From contig CAJWGC010000001.1 of the NCBI GenBank assembly GCA_913031525.1, positions 1 through 32,846 on the forward strand: a DNA stretch of 32,846 bases. The letters are read 5' to 3'. A program made the position numbers and the translations under genes. This stretch comes from an uncultured Acidimicrobiia bacterium. Lineage in GTDB: Bacteria > Actinomycetota > Acidimicrobiia > Spongiisociales > UBA5794. The notes below the pieces were generated by a model, which was not told where the DNA came from, searched no databases, and was given only the letters and a program-made list of their open reading frames with translations. Shown here one piece after another: positions 24,781 to 32,722 of the stretch (position 1 is the first letter of the stretch; each line of letters begins with the position of its first letter).

Positions 24781-27135
24781 GTGATCAAGAACGATTCGGC
24801 GATGCCGCCGGTACCATTCAGTGCAGTGACCGATCTGCAGACCCTTTCAGAGCGTTACAAACTCGTAGGCCATCTCGCGCGAGGCGGGATGGGTGACGTC
24901 TATCGCGCCGAAGACCTGCTTCTTAATCGTCAAGTCGCTATCAAAGTTCTTCATCCCCAATTTGCTCGAGATGAAAAGTTCGTCGCTCGCTTCCGCAGGG
25001 AAGCGCAGGCGGCGGCAAATCTGAGCCACCCGAATATCGTTTCGATTTTCGACTGGGGTGAAGATACCGGAACGTATTACATGGTGATGGAACTCATAGA
25101 AGGCCAAACACTTCGAGACACCCACCGGTCTGAAGGTCCACTGCTTTCCCGTAGAGCCGCAGAGATTGCTGCCGATGTTGCAGCTGCACTGAGCGTTGCT
25201 CACCTCGCTGGAGTCTTCCATAGAGACGTAAAACCAGGCAACATCATGCTTACTGATGATGGAACTGTGAAAGTTACAGACTTCGGAATTGCAAGAGCTC
25301 TTGACGATTCGGAGGAACTCACTAAAACCGGAGCAGTGATCGGAACTGCCACTTACTTCAGCCCTGAACAAGCTCAGGGTGTTCCTGCAGATGAACGATC
25401 TGATGTTTACTCGTTGGGAGTGGTCCTCTACGAGCTGCTGAGTGGACAACCACCTTTCAGCGGAGAAAGTCCTGTTGCAGTTGCCTACCAGCATGTTTCA
25501 GAACCTCCAACACCAATCGCCACCCTGACCCCTGACGTACCTCCAGAACTGGAAGCAATCGTGGCAAAGGCCATGAACAAAGCACCTGCAGACCGGTACC
25601 AGACAGCTCAAGACATGCGCGCCGACCTTCTGTCCTATCTCCGAGGCGAGTTCGTAATCCAACCTGAATTTCTAACCGTCGGTGCACCCGGCACAGGATC
25701 TGACACTGTTACTGAATTAATGACACCTCCGGGCGTAGTTCATACTGGCCGCGTCGAGGTACAAGAACGACGGTCCAATCTCACCTACGTTCTGTCTATC
25801 GTGGGTCTCCTCGCAGCGCTCGCGGCCGGAATTGTGTTGCTCTCGAATCTTCTATCACCGAGCGAACAAGAAGTTGTCCCGATCACGGTTCCTGATCTGG
25901 TCGGTTTGGATGTCGATTTAGCCTTCGAGACTCTCCAAGATCTTGACCTCAAAGTACGCCAGAGAGATGAGACTTCTGACAATCTCCTGGCAGGCTTCGT
26001 GATCGCCACCGATCCCATCGCAGGAGAAACCCTCGAATCAGGTGACTTCGTGACGGTTGTCGTTTCCACCGGACGTCAAGAGTTCAATCTCCCCAACGTC
26101 GTAGGTGATACCGAGGAATCAGCTCGTTCACGAATAAAAGCGAACAGTTTCACGATCGGAAAGATCACTTACACAATGAGCGAAACCGTGGACGAAGGGA
26201 TCGTGATTCGTCAAACTCCAGCGCCAGGCGCTACTGACCAAGGCACAATCGTTGACCTTGAAATTTCAACGGGCCCCTTTGCGCTCACTATGCCTCAGGT
26301 AGAAGGATTAGCCGCTGAAAGTGCACTGAGAACACTTGCCGATGCCACGTTCAACGATGCAGAAGTGATCCAAGAATTCTCTTCCGAGGTCTTGGAAGGA
26401 TTTGTTATCAGAACAGATCCGGAAGGAGGACAGCTCGTTCCTCGAGGCAATAGCGTAGAAATCTATGTCTCGAAGGGACCAGAACCGTTTGCTTTACCCA
26501 GTCTGGTAGGAATGTTGCTCAGTGAAGCCAGGGCCAAGGTCGGTGAGTTGGGGCTCGTGCTTACCGTCGGCGAACCAACAGAAGTCACGAACGCTAGCGG
26601 CCTGAACGGATCTGTAGCAGAACAGAATCCGTCCGCTAACGCGAATGTCGTCATCGGAGATGAAGTGACCGTATCTATTGGCGAGCTCATCAGAGTGCCT
26701 ATTCCCGACCTGACAGCTTTGACCCTCGAACAAGCCGAATCCGCCTTAGCGGCAAAGGGACTGCTGATGATCAACTCAGGATTTGTTCAGCCTGTTTCGG
26801 GATCCGGCTTAGAGGGACGAATAGCGGATCAGGATCCCAATGCCGACCTATTGATTGCTGATGGGTCAAGCGTACGGGTCTGGGTAGGTCTAGCCCAGAT
26901 ACCGGACGTCTTAGGTGTTCCGCTAGAAGAGGCAAAACTAGCGCTGAGCGCTATCGGTCTTGTCCCGATCGAAGTTGGTACGGTGAACACCGAGATCGAA
27001 GGTATCGACGGAACCGTTGCCGATCTAGATCCTGATGAATTGACCTGGTGGGAAGTTGGAACCGAAGTAAGCATCACTACCTATATCTTTGTTGCCCCAA
27101 CAACGACAACGACTTCTGAACCGCCGAGTTCTTGA
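24781..27135 (+). CDS. pknB: Ser/Thr protein kinase PknB-type with TM and six extracellular PASTA repeats
   Basis: Kinase motifs are GRGGMGDVY, AIKVL, HRDVKPGNIM, DFGIA and SPEQ. The TM is LTYVLSIVGLLAALAAGIVLL. Six PASTA-like units of about 65 aa follow, each opening with hPxL/VxG. The start is GTG 24781 or ATG 24802. Confidence 0.9.
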   Translation: MIKNDSAMPPVPFSAVTDLQTLSERYKLVGHLARGGMGDVYRAEDLLLNRQVAIKVLHPQFARDEKFVARFRREAQAAANLSHPNIVSIFDWGEDTGTYYMVMELIEGQTLRDTHRSEGPLLSRRAAEIAADVAAALSVAHLAGVFHRDVKPGNIMLTDDGTVKVTDFGIARALDDSEELTKTGAVIGTATYFSPEQAQGVPADERSDVYSLGVVLYELLSGQPPFSGESPVAVAYQHVSEPPTPIATLTPDVPPELEAIVAKAMNKAPADRYQTAQDMRADLLSYLRGEFVIQPEFLTVGAPGTGSDTVTELMTPPGVVHTGRVEVQERRSNLTYVLSIVGLLAALAAGIVLLSNLLSPSEQEVVPITVPDLVGLDVDLAFETLQDLDLKVRQRDETSDNLLAGFVIATDPIAGETLESGDFVTVVVSTGRQEFNLPNVVGDTEESARSRIKANSFTIGKITYTMSETVDEGIVIRQTPAPGATDQGTIVDLEISTGPFALTMPQVEGLAAESALRTLADATFNDAEVIQEFSSEVLEGFVIRTDPEGGQLVPRGNSVEIYVSKGPEPFALPSLVGMLLSEARAKVGELGLVLTVGEPTEVTNASGLNGSVAEQNPSANANVVIGDEVTVSIGELIRVPIPDLTALTLEQAESALAAKGLLMINSGFVQPVSGSGLEGRIADQDPNADLLIADGSSVRVWVGLAQIPDVLGVPLEEAKLALSAIGLVPIEVGTVNTEIEGIDGTVADLDPDELTWWEVGTEVSITTYIFVAPTTTTTSEPPSS

Positions 27136-27980
27136 CGGTGTCCTCAAGCTATGAATCCTCCCCTGTAAGCAAACGCAACGCGGCTCTTACGGATTGGTAC
27201 TCGCGATCTGGCAAAACTTATCCGTGGCGCAAGACAATCGATCCGTATTCGACCTTGGTGTCGGAAGTGATGCTGCAACAGACCCCGGCAGCTCGGGTGG
27301 TCGCCTTCTACGAACGATTCGTATTGGAATTTCCAACGATCCAAGAACTCGCGTCCGCTCCACTATCGGCCGTACTCAGAGCATGGAACGGCCTCGGATA
27401 CAACCGTAGAGCTCACAATCTGCACACCACGGCGGCTCTGATCTCAACTAATGGATGGCCTACCTCGACAAACAAACTAATGGAGCTACCAGGAATAGGT
27501 ATATACACAGCACGTGCGTTGTCGTGCTTTGCTTTCGGACGCGATGAAGTTCCCATAGACACCAACTTGCGTAGAGTTCTGAGCCGTTGGCACGGCAAAG
27601 CCCTCACAGGAAAAACACTTCAGAAGATCGCAGAAATAGATAGCGACTCCTCAAAAATGGCGGACTGGACCCAAGCAGTAATGGACCTCGGCTCTTCCAT
27701 CTGCACTGCACGAGCTCCTTCTTGTCAAAATTGCCCAGTCTCGCGGTGGTGCAAGGGACCCGGTACCTACGTCCCGCCACGGGTACAGACTCGTTTCGAG
27801 GGGTCTATTCGGCAACTTCGAGGAGCAATAATCCGTCGTCTAGTCACTGGAGATGCCAAGAAGCACGACCTGGTTAAATCATCAGGTTTTCCATCCGAAA
27901 CGGTCTCCCTGGCGCTACAAGATCTCGTCCAAGAAGGCCTCGTAGAACGCGGTAGAGATAAATATCGGCTACCGGATTAA
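27132..27980 (+). CDS. mutY: A/G-specific adenine DNA glycosylase (MutY family, HhH-GPD plus 4Fe-4S), short C-terminus
   Basis: Motifs are WYSRSGKTYPWRKTIDPYSTLVSEVMLQQT, WNGLGYNRRAHNL, LPGIGIYTA and IDTNLRRV. The cluster is C-x6-C-x2-C-x5-C (CTARAPSCQNCPVSRWC). The start is TTG 27132 or GTG 27138, overlapping the pknB stop. Confidence 0.85.
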   Translation: MTVSSSYESSPVSKRNAALTDWYSRSGKTYPWRKTIDPYSTLVSEVMLQQTPAARVVAFYERFVLEFPTIQELASAPLSAVLRAWNGLGYNRRAHNLHTTAALISTNGWPTSTNKLMELPGIGIYTARALSCFAFGRDEVPIDTNLRRVLSRWHGKALTGKTLQKIAEIDSDSSKMADWTQAVMDLGSSICTARAPSCQNCPVSRWCKGPGTYVPPRVQTRFEGSIRQLRGAIIRRLVTGDAKKHDLVKSSGFPSETVSLALQDLVQEGLVERGRDKYRLPD

Positions 27981-27999
27981 CTTCATCACTCAGTGGATA

Positions 28000-28575
28000 T
28001 CAAAAAGCATCGGTGGCAGGAGAAAGGAAATTGGCCAGCAAGTCCTGACCGGATGTCGTCATAACACTCTCGGGATGAAATTGAACACCAGTTATAGGGA
28101 GTTCACGATGGCGAATAGCCTGAATTACACCATCCTCGGAATGTGCGGATACTTCGAAAACATTCGGGAGCTCGAGGACCGCAAGCGAGTGGTAACGCGT
28201 TGCTAGAAAAGGATTTGGGAGGTCTTTGAACACTCCTTTGCCATCGTGAGTGATGGACGAAGTCTTCCCGTGACGAGGCTCGGGTGCCCGACCGACCATA
28301 CCGCCAAAGGCGACAGCTACAGCCTGATGGCCCAGACACACACCGAGTGTTGGGACATGTGACCCAAGTTTTTCGACATATTCCACAGAGTATCCCGCAT
28401 CTTCGGGGTGGCCCGGACCGGGAGAAATGACGAGCCGATCGGGAGACAGGTCTAGTGCATCCTCAGGTGTGAGAGCATCATTGCGCAGAACAATGGGGTC
28501 CGCTCCCAATTCGCCAAGATACTGAACAAGGTTGAACGTGAAAGAGTCATAGTTGTCTACAACAAGCACTTTCAT
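28000..28575 (-). CDS. trpG: Class I glutamine amidotransferase: anthranilate / aminodeoxychorismate synthase component II
   Basis: MKVLVVDNYDSFTFNLVQYL is followed by the nucleophile elbow GVCLGHQ and then FHPES. I take the start at ATG 28575; the ORF track adds 7 residues upstream. Confidence 0.9.
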   Translation of the reverse strand: MKVLVVDNYDSFTFNLVQYLGELGADPIVLRNDALTPEDALDLSPDRLVISPGPGHPEDAGYSVEYVEKLGSHVPTLGVCLGHQAVAVAFGGMVGRAPEPRHGKTSSITHDGKGVFKDLPNPFLATRYHSLAVLELPNVFEVSAHSEDGVIQAIRHRELPITGVQFHPESVMTTSGQDLLANFLSPATDAF

Positions 28576-28784
28576 CGAATTTTCCACCTTGATCAAATAG
28601 CCAATCTCCAGGTACCCACATTAAGTCAAATGGCGCACTCCGAATAGTTGACGGCCGGTATCTTCGCGATCACCTTGGCCGCGGAGACCCTCCTTCCAAG
28701 TATTTACAGTCACAGGCTAACGCTCGATTTCTGATAGCCGAACGGCTCAACAATGGAAACCGAGTAATAACTGGAAATTCGGGC

Positions 28785-28790
28785 TACTGT
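28785..28790 (+). promoter_or_regulatory. Candidate -10 hexamer TACTGT, 7 nt upstream of the crgA ATG (leaderless-type start)
   Basis: The hexamer fits the TANNNT consensus. No SD is present in the 7-nt gap TTGCGCT. Confidence 0.3.
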
Positions 28791-28797
28791 TTGCGCT

Positions 28798-29052
28798 ATG
28801 CCGGTATCGAAAGGCCGAAAGAAAGCAAAGCGCCGGCCTGCCCCCCCATCCAAACCGAATCCGGTGAAAGCCAAAGGCCCATCGCCCCGTTGGTATGTGA
28901 TTTTGATGGCTTCGTTGATGGGAGGCGGCCTCTTGCTCATCATCCTTAACTATATGGGCCTCGTACCCGGAGGCGACACCGACAACGTGTACCTCTTGAT
29001 AGGACTAGGTGGAATAGGAACAGGATTCGCTATGACTCTTAACTATCACTGA
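28798..29052 (+). CDS. crgA: Cell division protein CrgA
   Basis: The basic N-terminus MPVSKGRKKAKRR..PSPRWYV is followed by two TM segments. The 84-aa size and the position next to trpG and pknB match actinobacterial CrgA. Confidence 0.88.
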   Translation: MPVSKGRKKAKRRPAPPSKPNPVKAKGPSPRWYVILMASLMGGGLLLIILNYMGLVPGGDTDNVYLLIGLGGIGTGFAMTLNYH

Positions 29053-29067
29053 CTATCGGTGATAGTT
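29041..29067 (+). terminator. Hairpin AACTATCAC-(9 nt)-GTGATAGTT spanning the crgA stop codon; possible terminator
   Basis: It has a 9-bp perfect stem but no clear U-tract. It sits in an 81-bp convergent intergenic region. Confidence 0.3.
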
Positions 29068-29133
29068 ACAGCTCTGTAGTTATCCCCGCCAAAATCCACA
29101 TATGTGGATTGAGCGAAAAATCTTCCTAGTTGA

Positions 29134-29367
29134 TCAAATTGCAGTCATTTCCTCGCGACAGTGCTTCGGAGCTACCGGCTCCTCGTCTTGTGCCCGAGTG
29201 ACAGTGAGAAATAAACCACATACTTTGCATCGATAGTCCAACGAGACGTTGACAACAGTACCCGGATCGGGCTCAGGTGGAGGCGGCAAAGCTAGCGCCC
29301 GAACGATCCATAGCCCTACAGAAAAGATTCCTATTCCGATCGCGATGGCAATCAAGACCGCTGGCAT
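29134..29367 (-). CDS. Small membrane-anchored protein (77 aa) with a C-terminal CxxC..HC zinc-ribbon-like segment
   Basis: The N-terminal TM is PAVLIAIAIGIGIFSVGLWIV, followed by the Pro-rich linker PPPPEPDP and then YRCKVCG-x17-KHC. Its ATG overlaps the thiolase TGA by 1 nt (TGATG). Confidence 0.55.
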   Translation of the reverse strand: MPAVLIAIAIGIGIFSVGLWIVRALALPPPPEPDPGTVVNVSLDYRCKVCGLFLTVTRAQDEEPVAPKHCREEMTAI

Positions 29368-30536
29368 CAAGCAGCTACACGCTCAACAATGGTGGCATTC
29401 GCCATGCCACCACCTTCACACATGGTCTGCAATCCATAACGCCCCCCCGAACGCTCCAGCTCATTAACCAAGGTCGCCATGAGTTTGGCTCCGGTAGCGC
29501 CGAGAGGATGCCCAAGAGCTATGGCTCCACCGTTTACATTAAGACGCTCGTAATTCACACCGGTCTCTCGAAGCCATGCCGCGATTACACTGCTAAAAGC
29601 TTCATTAACTTCAAAAAGATCGATATCGCTGATTGCAAGACCAGCTCTTGTCAACACCTTCTTGGTAGCTGGTATCGGACCTGTAAGCATCATCACTGGA
29701 TCTACACCTGCAAGCGCAAATGTGTGAAAACGAGCACGAGGTTGTAGATCCAATTCTTTCGCCTTCTCCTCACTCATAATGAGCAATGCGGCAGCTCCAT
29801 CGGTGATTTGCGATGAATTGCCCGCGGTGATCACACCATTGGTCTTGAAGGCCGGTTTTAAGCCCGAAAGTATCTCTGGAGTAGTGGAAGGGCGAATTCC
29901 TTCGTCTCTAGACATGAGCTCAATGGAACCATCATCATTCTTCACCTCAATCGGAATTATTTCGTTGTCGAATCGACCTTCCTCAGTGGCGAGAGTTGCT
30001 CTCATATGCGACTCATAGGCGAGATGATCTAATTCTTCACGAGAGATATCCCATTCTTCGGCGATCAATTCTGCTGAGATCCCTTGCGGCACCAAACCGT
30101 CTTCATATCGATCGATCATTCGATCTCCAAAAGGCTTCCCGGGTCCTTGCTGCATAGCAATACCCATGGGAACTCTGGTCATAGATTCAACCCCGGCAGC
30201 AATGACAACGTCATAAGCGCCGGCCATAACCCCCTGTGCTGCAAAATGCGCTGCTTGTTGGCCAGATCCGCATTGTCGATCAATAGATGTTGCTGGAACT
30301 GACTCGGGGAATCCTGCTGCGAGAACAGCATTGCGACCAACGTTCGCGGATTGTTCTCCCGTTTGAGTAACACACCCTGCGATCACATCATCAATAATCT
30401 CGGGAGCGAGATTATTTCGCTCAATGACAGCTTTCAGAACTTCTGCCAATAGATCCACCGCGTGCCAATCCTTGAGCTGTCCCCTCAGCTTCCCTCCCGG
30501 TGTCCTCACCGCGTCAACAATCACGGCCTTTCTCAT
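29367..30536 (-). CDS. Acetyl-CoA C-acetyltransferase (thiolase II family)
   Basis: [16 protein letters not shown] opens the protein. The active-site Cys lies in [11 protein letters not shown], followed by [17 protein letters not shown] and CEGGGMA. AAGGAG lies 7 nt upstream of ATG 30536. The ORF-track extension to 30710 runs through a tRNA. Confidence 0.92.
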   Translation of the reverse strand: MRKAVIVDAVRTPGGKLRGQLKDWHAVDLLAEVLKAVIERNNLAPEIIDDVIAGCVTQTGEQSANVGRNAVLAAGFPESVPATSIDRQCGSGQQAAHFAAQGVMAGAYDVVIAAGVESMTRVPMGIAMQQGPGKPFGDRMIDRYEDGLVPQGISAELIAEEWDISREELDHLAYESHMRATLATEEGRFDNEIIPIEVKNDDGSIELMSRDEGIRPSTTPEILSGLKPAFKTNGVITAGNSSQITDGAAALLIMSEEKAKELDLQPRARFHTFALAGVDPVMMLTGPIPATKKVLTRAGLAISDIDLFEVNEAFSSVIAAWLRETGVNYERLNVNGGAIALGHPLGATGAKLMATLVNELERSGGRYGLQTMCEGGGMANATIVERVAA

Positions 30537-30560
30537 GCTGAGCTCCTTTTTGATTATTTG

Positions 30561-30634
30561 TGGAGACGATCGGATTTGAACCGACGACCCCCTGGTTGCA
30601 AACCAGGTGCTCTGCCAGGCTGAGCTACGTCCCC
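30561..30634 (-). tRNA. tRNA-Ala (anticodon UGC)
   Basis: The reverse complement is GGGGACGTAGCTCAGCCTGGCAGAGCA-CCTGG-TTTGCAA-CCAGG-GGGTC-GTCGGTTCAAATCCGAT-CGTCTCC-A. It carries the G3:U70 alanine identity pair. Confidence 0.95.
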
Positions 30635-30751
30635 GAACTATGCAATTGTACCGGCAGCGTTCTGTGGGATCAGCAAGATTGTGAAATGTTCGATTAACCC
30701 CTCGCAACAAGAAAATGAACGATAAAACGATTACTGACTACATTTGAAGTA

Positions 30752-32332
30752 CTAATTGCTAGAGCTCTTCTTACGCTGTCCAGTTACACGAGTTTCAGCA
30801 TCATGAGGCAAAGGTTGAACTCCTCTCAGCGCTCGATACGCAATGCCCGAAGCAAAAATGGCCACCACACCAGACGCTAAAGCCGTGACCCGAAGTCCCT
30901 GAACAAATGCGTCTTGCGCAATACGAAGTAGAGGTTCAGCGATATCGGGACTCAACCCTGCAAACGCTTCAACGGCTCCGCCAAGCGTATCCTTCATCGA
31001 TATCACAATGCTCTCAGCAGTCTCTTCGGGAACAGCAGAGCTGATCTCAGATCGATAAACCGCAATTCCGATACTTCCCAAGACAGCCAGTCCCAGCGAT
31101 GCACCAAGTTCTGTAGCAGTTTCGGCAACTCCAGATGCAACCCCCGCTTTATTCGAAGGAGCACTAGCCACAATCCACTCGGTCGTGAAGTTGAAAACAG
31201 GGCACATTGAAAGTGTGATTAAGACCGATGCAGGAATTACCACCGATAATTGCCCCCACAAATCCACCCTGGTCAGCAACAGAAGTCCGGCTGTCCCCAA
31301 GGCCATGCAAAATGAGATCAAGATTGATGGGCGAAATCGGTGGACAAATCGGGATGCGACGAGCGTGCCAATCGTGTAGGTCAACGCGGACGGAAGCGAC
31401 CAAAGACCTGCCTCAAAGGGAGATAGACCTATCACTAATTGCAAATACTGCGCCACGAAAAGGAAATAACCAACGACGACAAAGACCGAAGCAATGTTTG
31501 CTAAGAGCGCTCCAGCAATACCTGGAAGAACGAAAAGTTGGAGATCGATAAGTGGTTCCTGCAGCCGACGTTGACGGCGAATAAAAACAGCTCCCAATAA
31601 AAGACCCGCAGAAATCGCGAAACCTGACACAACTCCGAATCCATCTTGTGCAATCTCTTTGATGGCATAGATCATGAGAATCACCGCAGTGAATATTTGG
31701 AATGCGCCCATCAGGTCAAAATTCTTGGCATTTGGGTTCTGATACTCCGGAAGTGTCCGAGGTCCAAGAAATAGGAGTAAAGCCATGATCGGGACAGCAA
31801 TTAAGAAAACGGAACCCCACCAGTAATACTCAATCAAAAACCCACCGATCATTGGGCCGGCAGCGCTCCCCGCTGAAAAAGCCGCGAGCCAACATCCAAT
31901 AGCAAGTGCTCGTTTTTTTTTGTCTCGGAACATGACGAAAAGAAGGGAAAGTGTCGACGGGGCAATAGTCGCTCCCGCTAAACCCATCAACGCTCTCGCG
32001 GCAATCAGCGAGGGAACATTGGGAGAGAACGCGGCCAGAATGGACACGACGGCAAACAAGCCGGCCCCAACCATCAGCAATCGCCGGCGTCCGATGCGGT
32101 CGCCGAGCGTCCCCATCGTGATTAATGACCCAGCTACCACGAAACCGTAGATGTCAATTATCCATAACAGTTCTGCGCTCGTAGGTCGGAGATCCCTGGT
32201 GAGACTAGGAATAGCGAGTTGAAGTACCGTGAGGTCCATTGAGTAGACAAAGACTCCCAGTGTTACCACGATGAGACCTACCCATTGAAAATGCTTTGGT
32301 CGGTCAGGAATCAGTTCTTGTATACAACTCAT
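30752..32332 (-). CDS. MFS transporter, 14-TM DHA2 (EmrB/QacA) drug:H+ antiporter-like
   Basis: It is 526 aa with about 14 hydrophobic segments. MFS motif A is GTLGDRIGRRRLLMVG. A motif-C-like GPMIGG is also present. Confidence 0.88.
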   Translation of the reverse strand: MSCIQELIPDRPKHFQWVGLIVVTLGVFVYSMDLTVLQLAIPSLTRDLRPTSAELLWIIDIYGFVVAGSLITMGTLGDRIGRRRLLMVGAGLFAVVSILAAFSPNVPSLIAARALMGLAGATIAPSTLSLLFVMFRDKKKRALAIGCWLAAFSAGSAAGPMIGGFLIEYYWWGSVFLIAVPIMALLLFLGPRTLPEYQNPNAKNFDLMGAFQIFTAVILMIYAIKEIAQDGFGVVSGFAISAGLLLGAVFIRRQRRLQEPLIDLQLFVLPGIAGALLANIASVFVVVGYFLFVAQYLQLVIGLSPFEAGLWSLPSALTYTIGTLVASRFVHRFRPSILISFCMALGTAGLLLLTRVDLWGQLSVVIPASVLITLSMCPVFNFTTEWIVASAPSNKAGVASGVAETATELGASLGLAVLGSIGIAVYRSEISSAVPEETAESIVISMKDTLGGAVEAFAGLSPDIAEPLLRIAQDAFVQGLRVTALASGVVAIFASGIAYRALRGVQPLPHDAETRVTGQRKKSSSN

Positions 32333-32647
32333 GGTGCTGGCTTTATCTACAAAATAATGTAAGCCCGTGATTTTTCACTTTGCTAATACTTAATCCGACG
32401 TACCGGACAAGTCACAACTATCACTGACCTGGCTTCCTTGTTAGTGATAACAATGCCGCGACCGCACTCTGATAATGCAATTCTCGTGCTACAACGAGAA
32501 CAACTCGATTCAAAAAGTACGGGTATCTGCAGATTCCCTGGCTTCTACCAAGAGGATTGTACGCAGTGCCTTATGGAATCACCGGCGTTACGCTAATTGT
32601 CAGTAAACCCAAAGTAACCTAAAAGGCGATTCAGGCAACAGAAAGAA

Positions 32648-32722
32648 GGGCCCATAGCTCAGCCTGGTTAGAGCGCATCCCTGATAAGGATGAGGTCCCT
32701 GGTTCAAATCCAGGTGGGCCCA
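32648..32722 (+). tRNA. tRNA-Ile (anticodon GAU)
   Basis: The sequence is GGGCCCATAGCTCAGCCTGGTTAGAGCG-CATCC-CTGATAA-GGATG-AGGTC-CCTGGTTCAAATCCAGG-TGGGCCC-A. Confidence 0.95.

Noticed and set aside
24255-25494. Long antisense or out-of-frame ORFs inside pbpA and pknB (24255-24788 minus, 24336-24896 plus, 24847-25494 minus)
   Set aside because: They overlap strongly supported pbpA and pknB reading frames. They carry no motifs and have skewed Arg/Ser composition.
29041-29053. 13-nt exact repeat AACTATCACTGAC, also at 32416-32428; both copies have a GTGATA-type partner arm, vaguely tetO-like
   Set aside because: Several 13-mer coincidences are expected by chance in 33 kb counted on both strands. 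No TetR-family gene is visible in the window, and the second inverted repeat is imperfect.
30537-30710. N-terminal 58-aa extension of the thiolase ORF
   Set aside because: The extension is translated straight through tRNA-Ala on the same strand. An AAGGAG SD and the canonical thiolase N-terminus ([13 protein letters not shown]) mark the real start at 30536.
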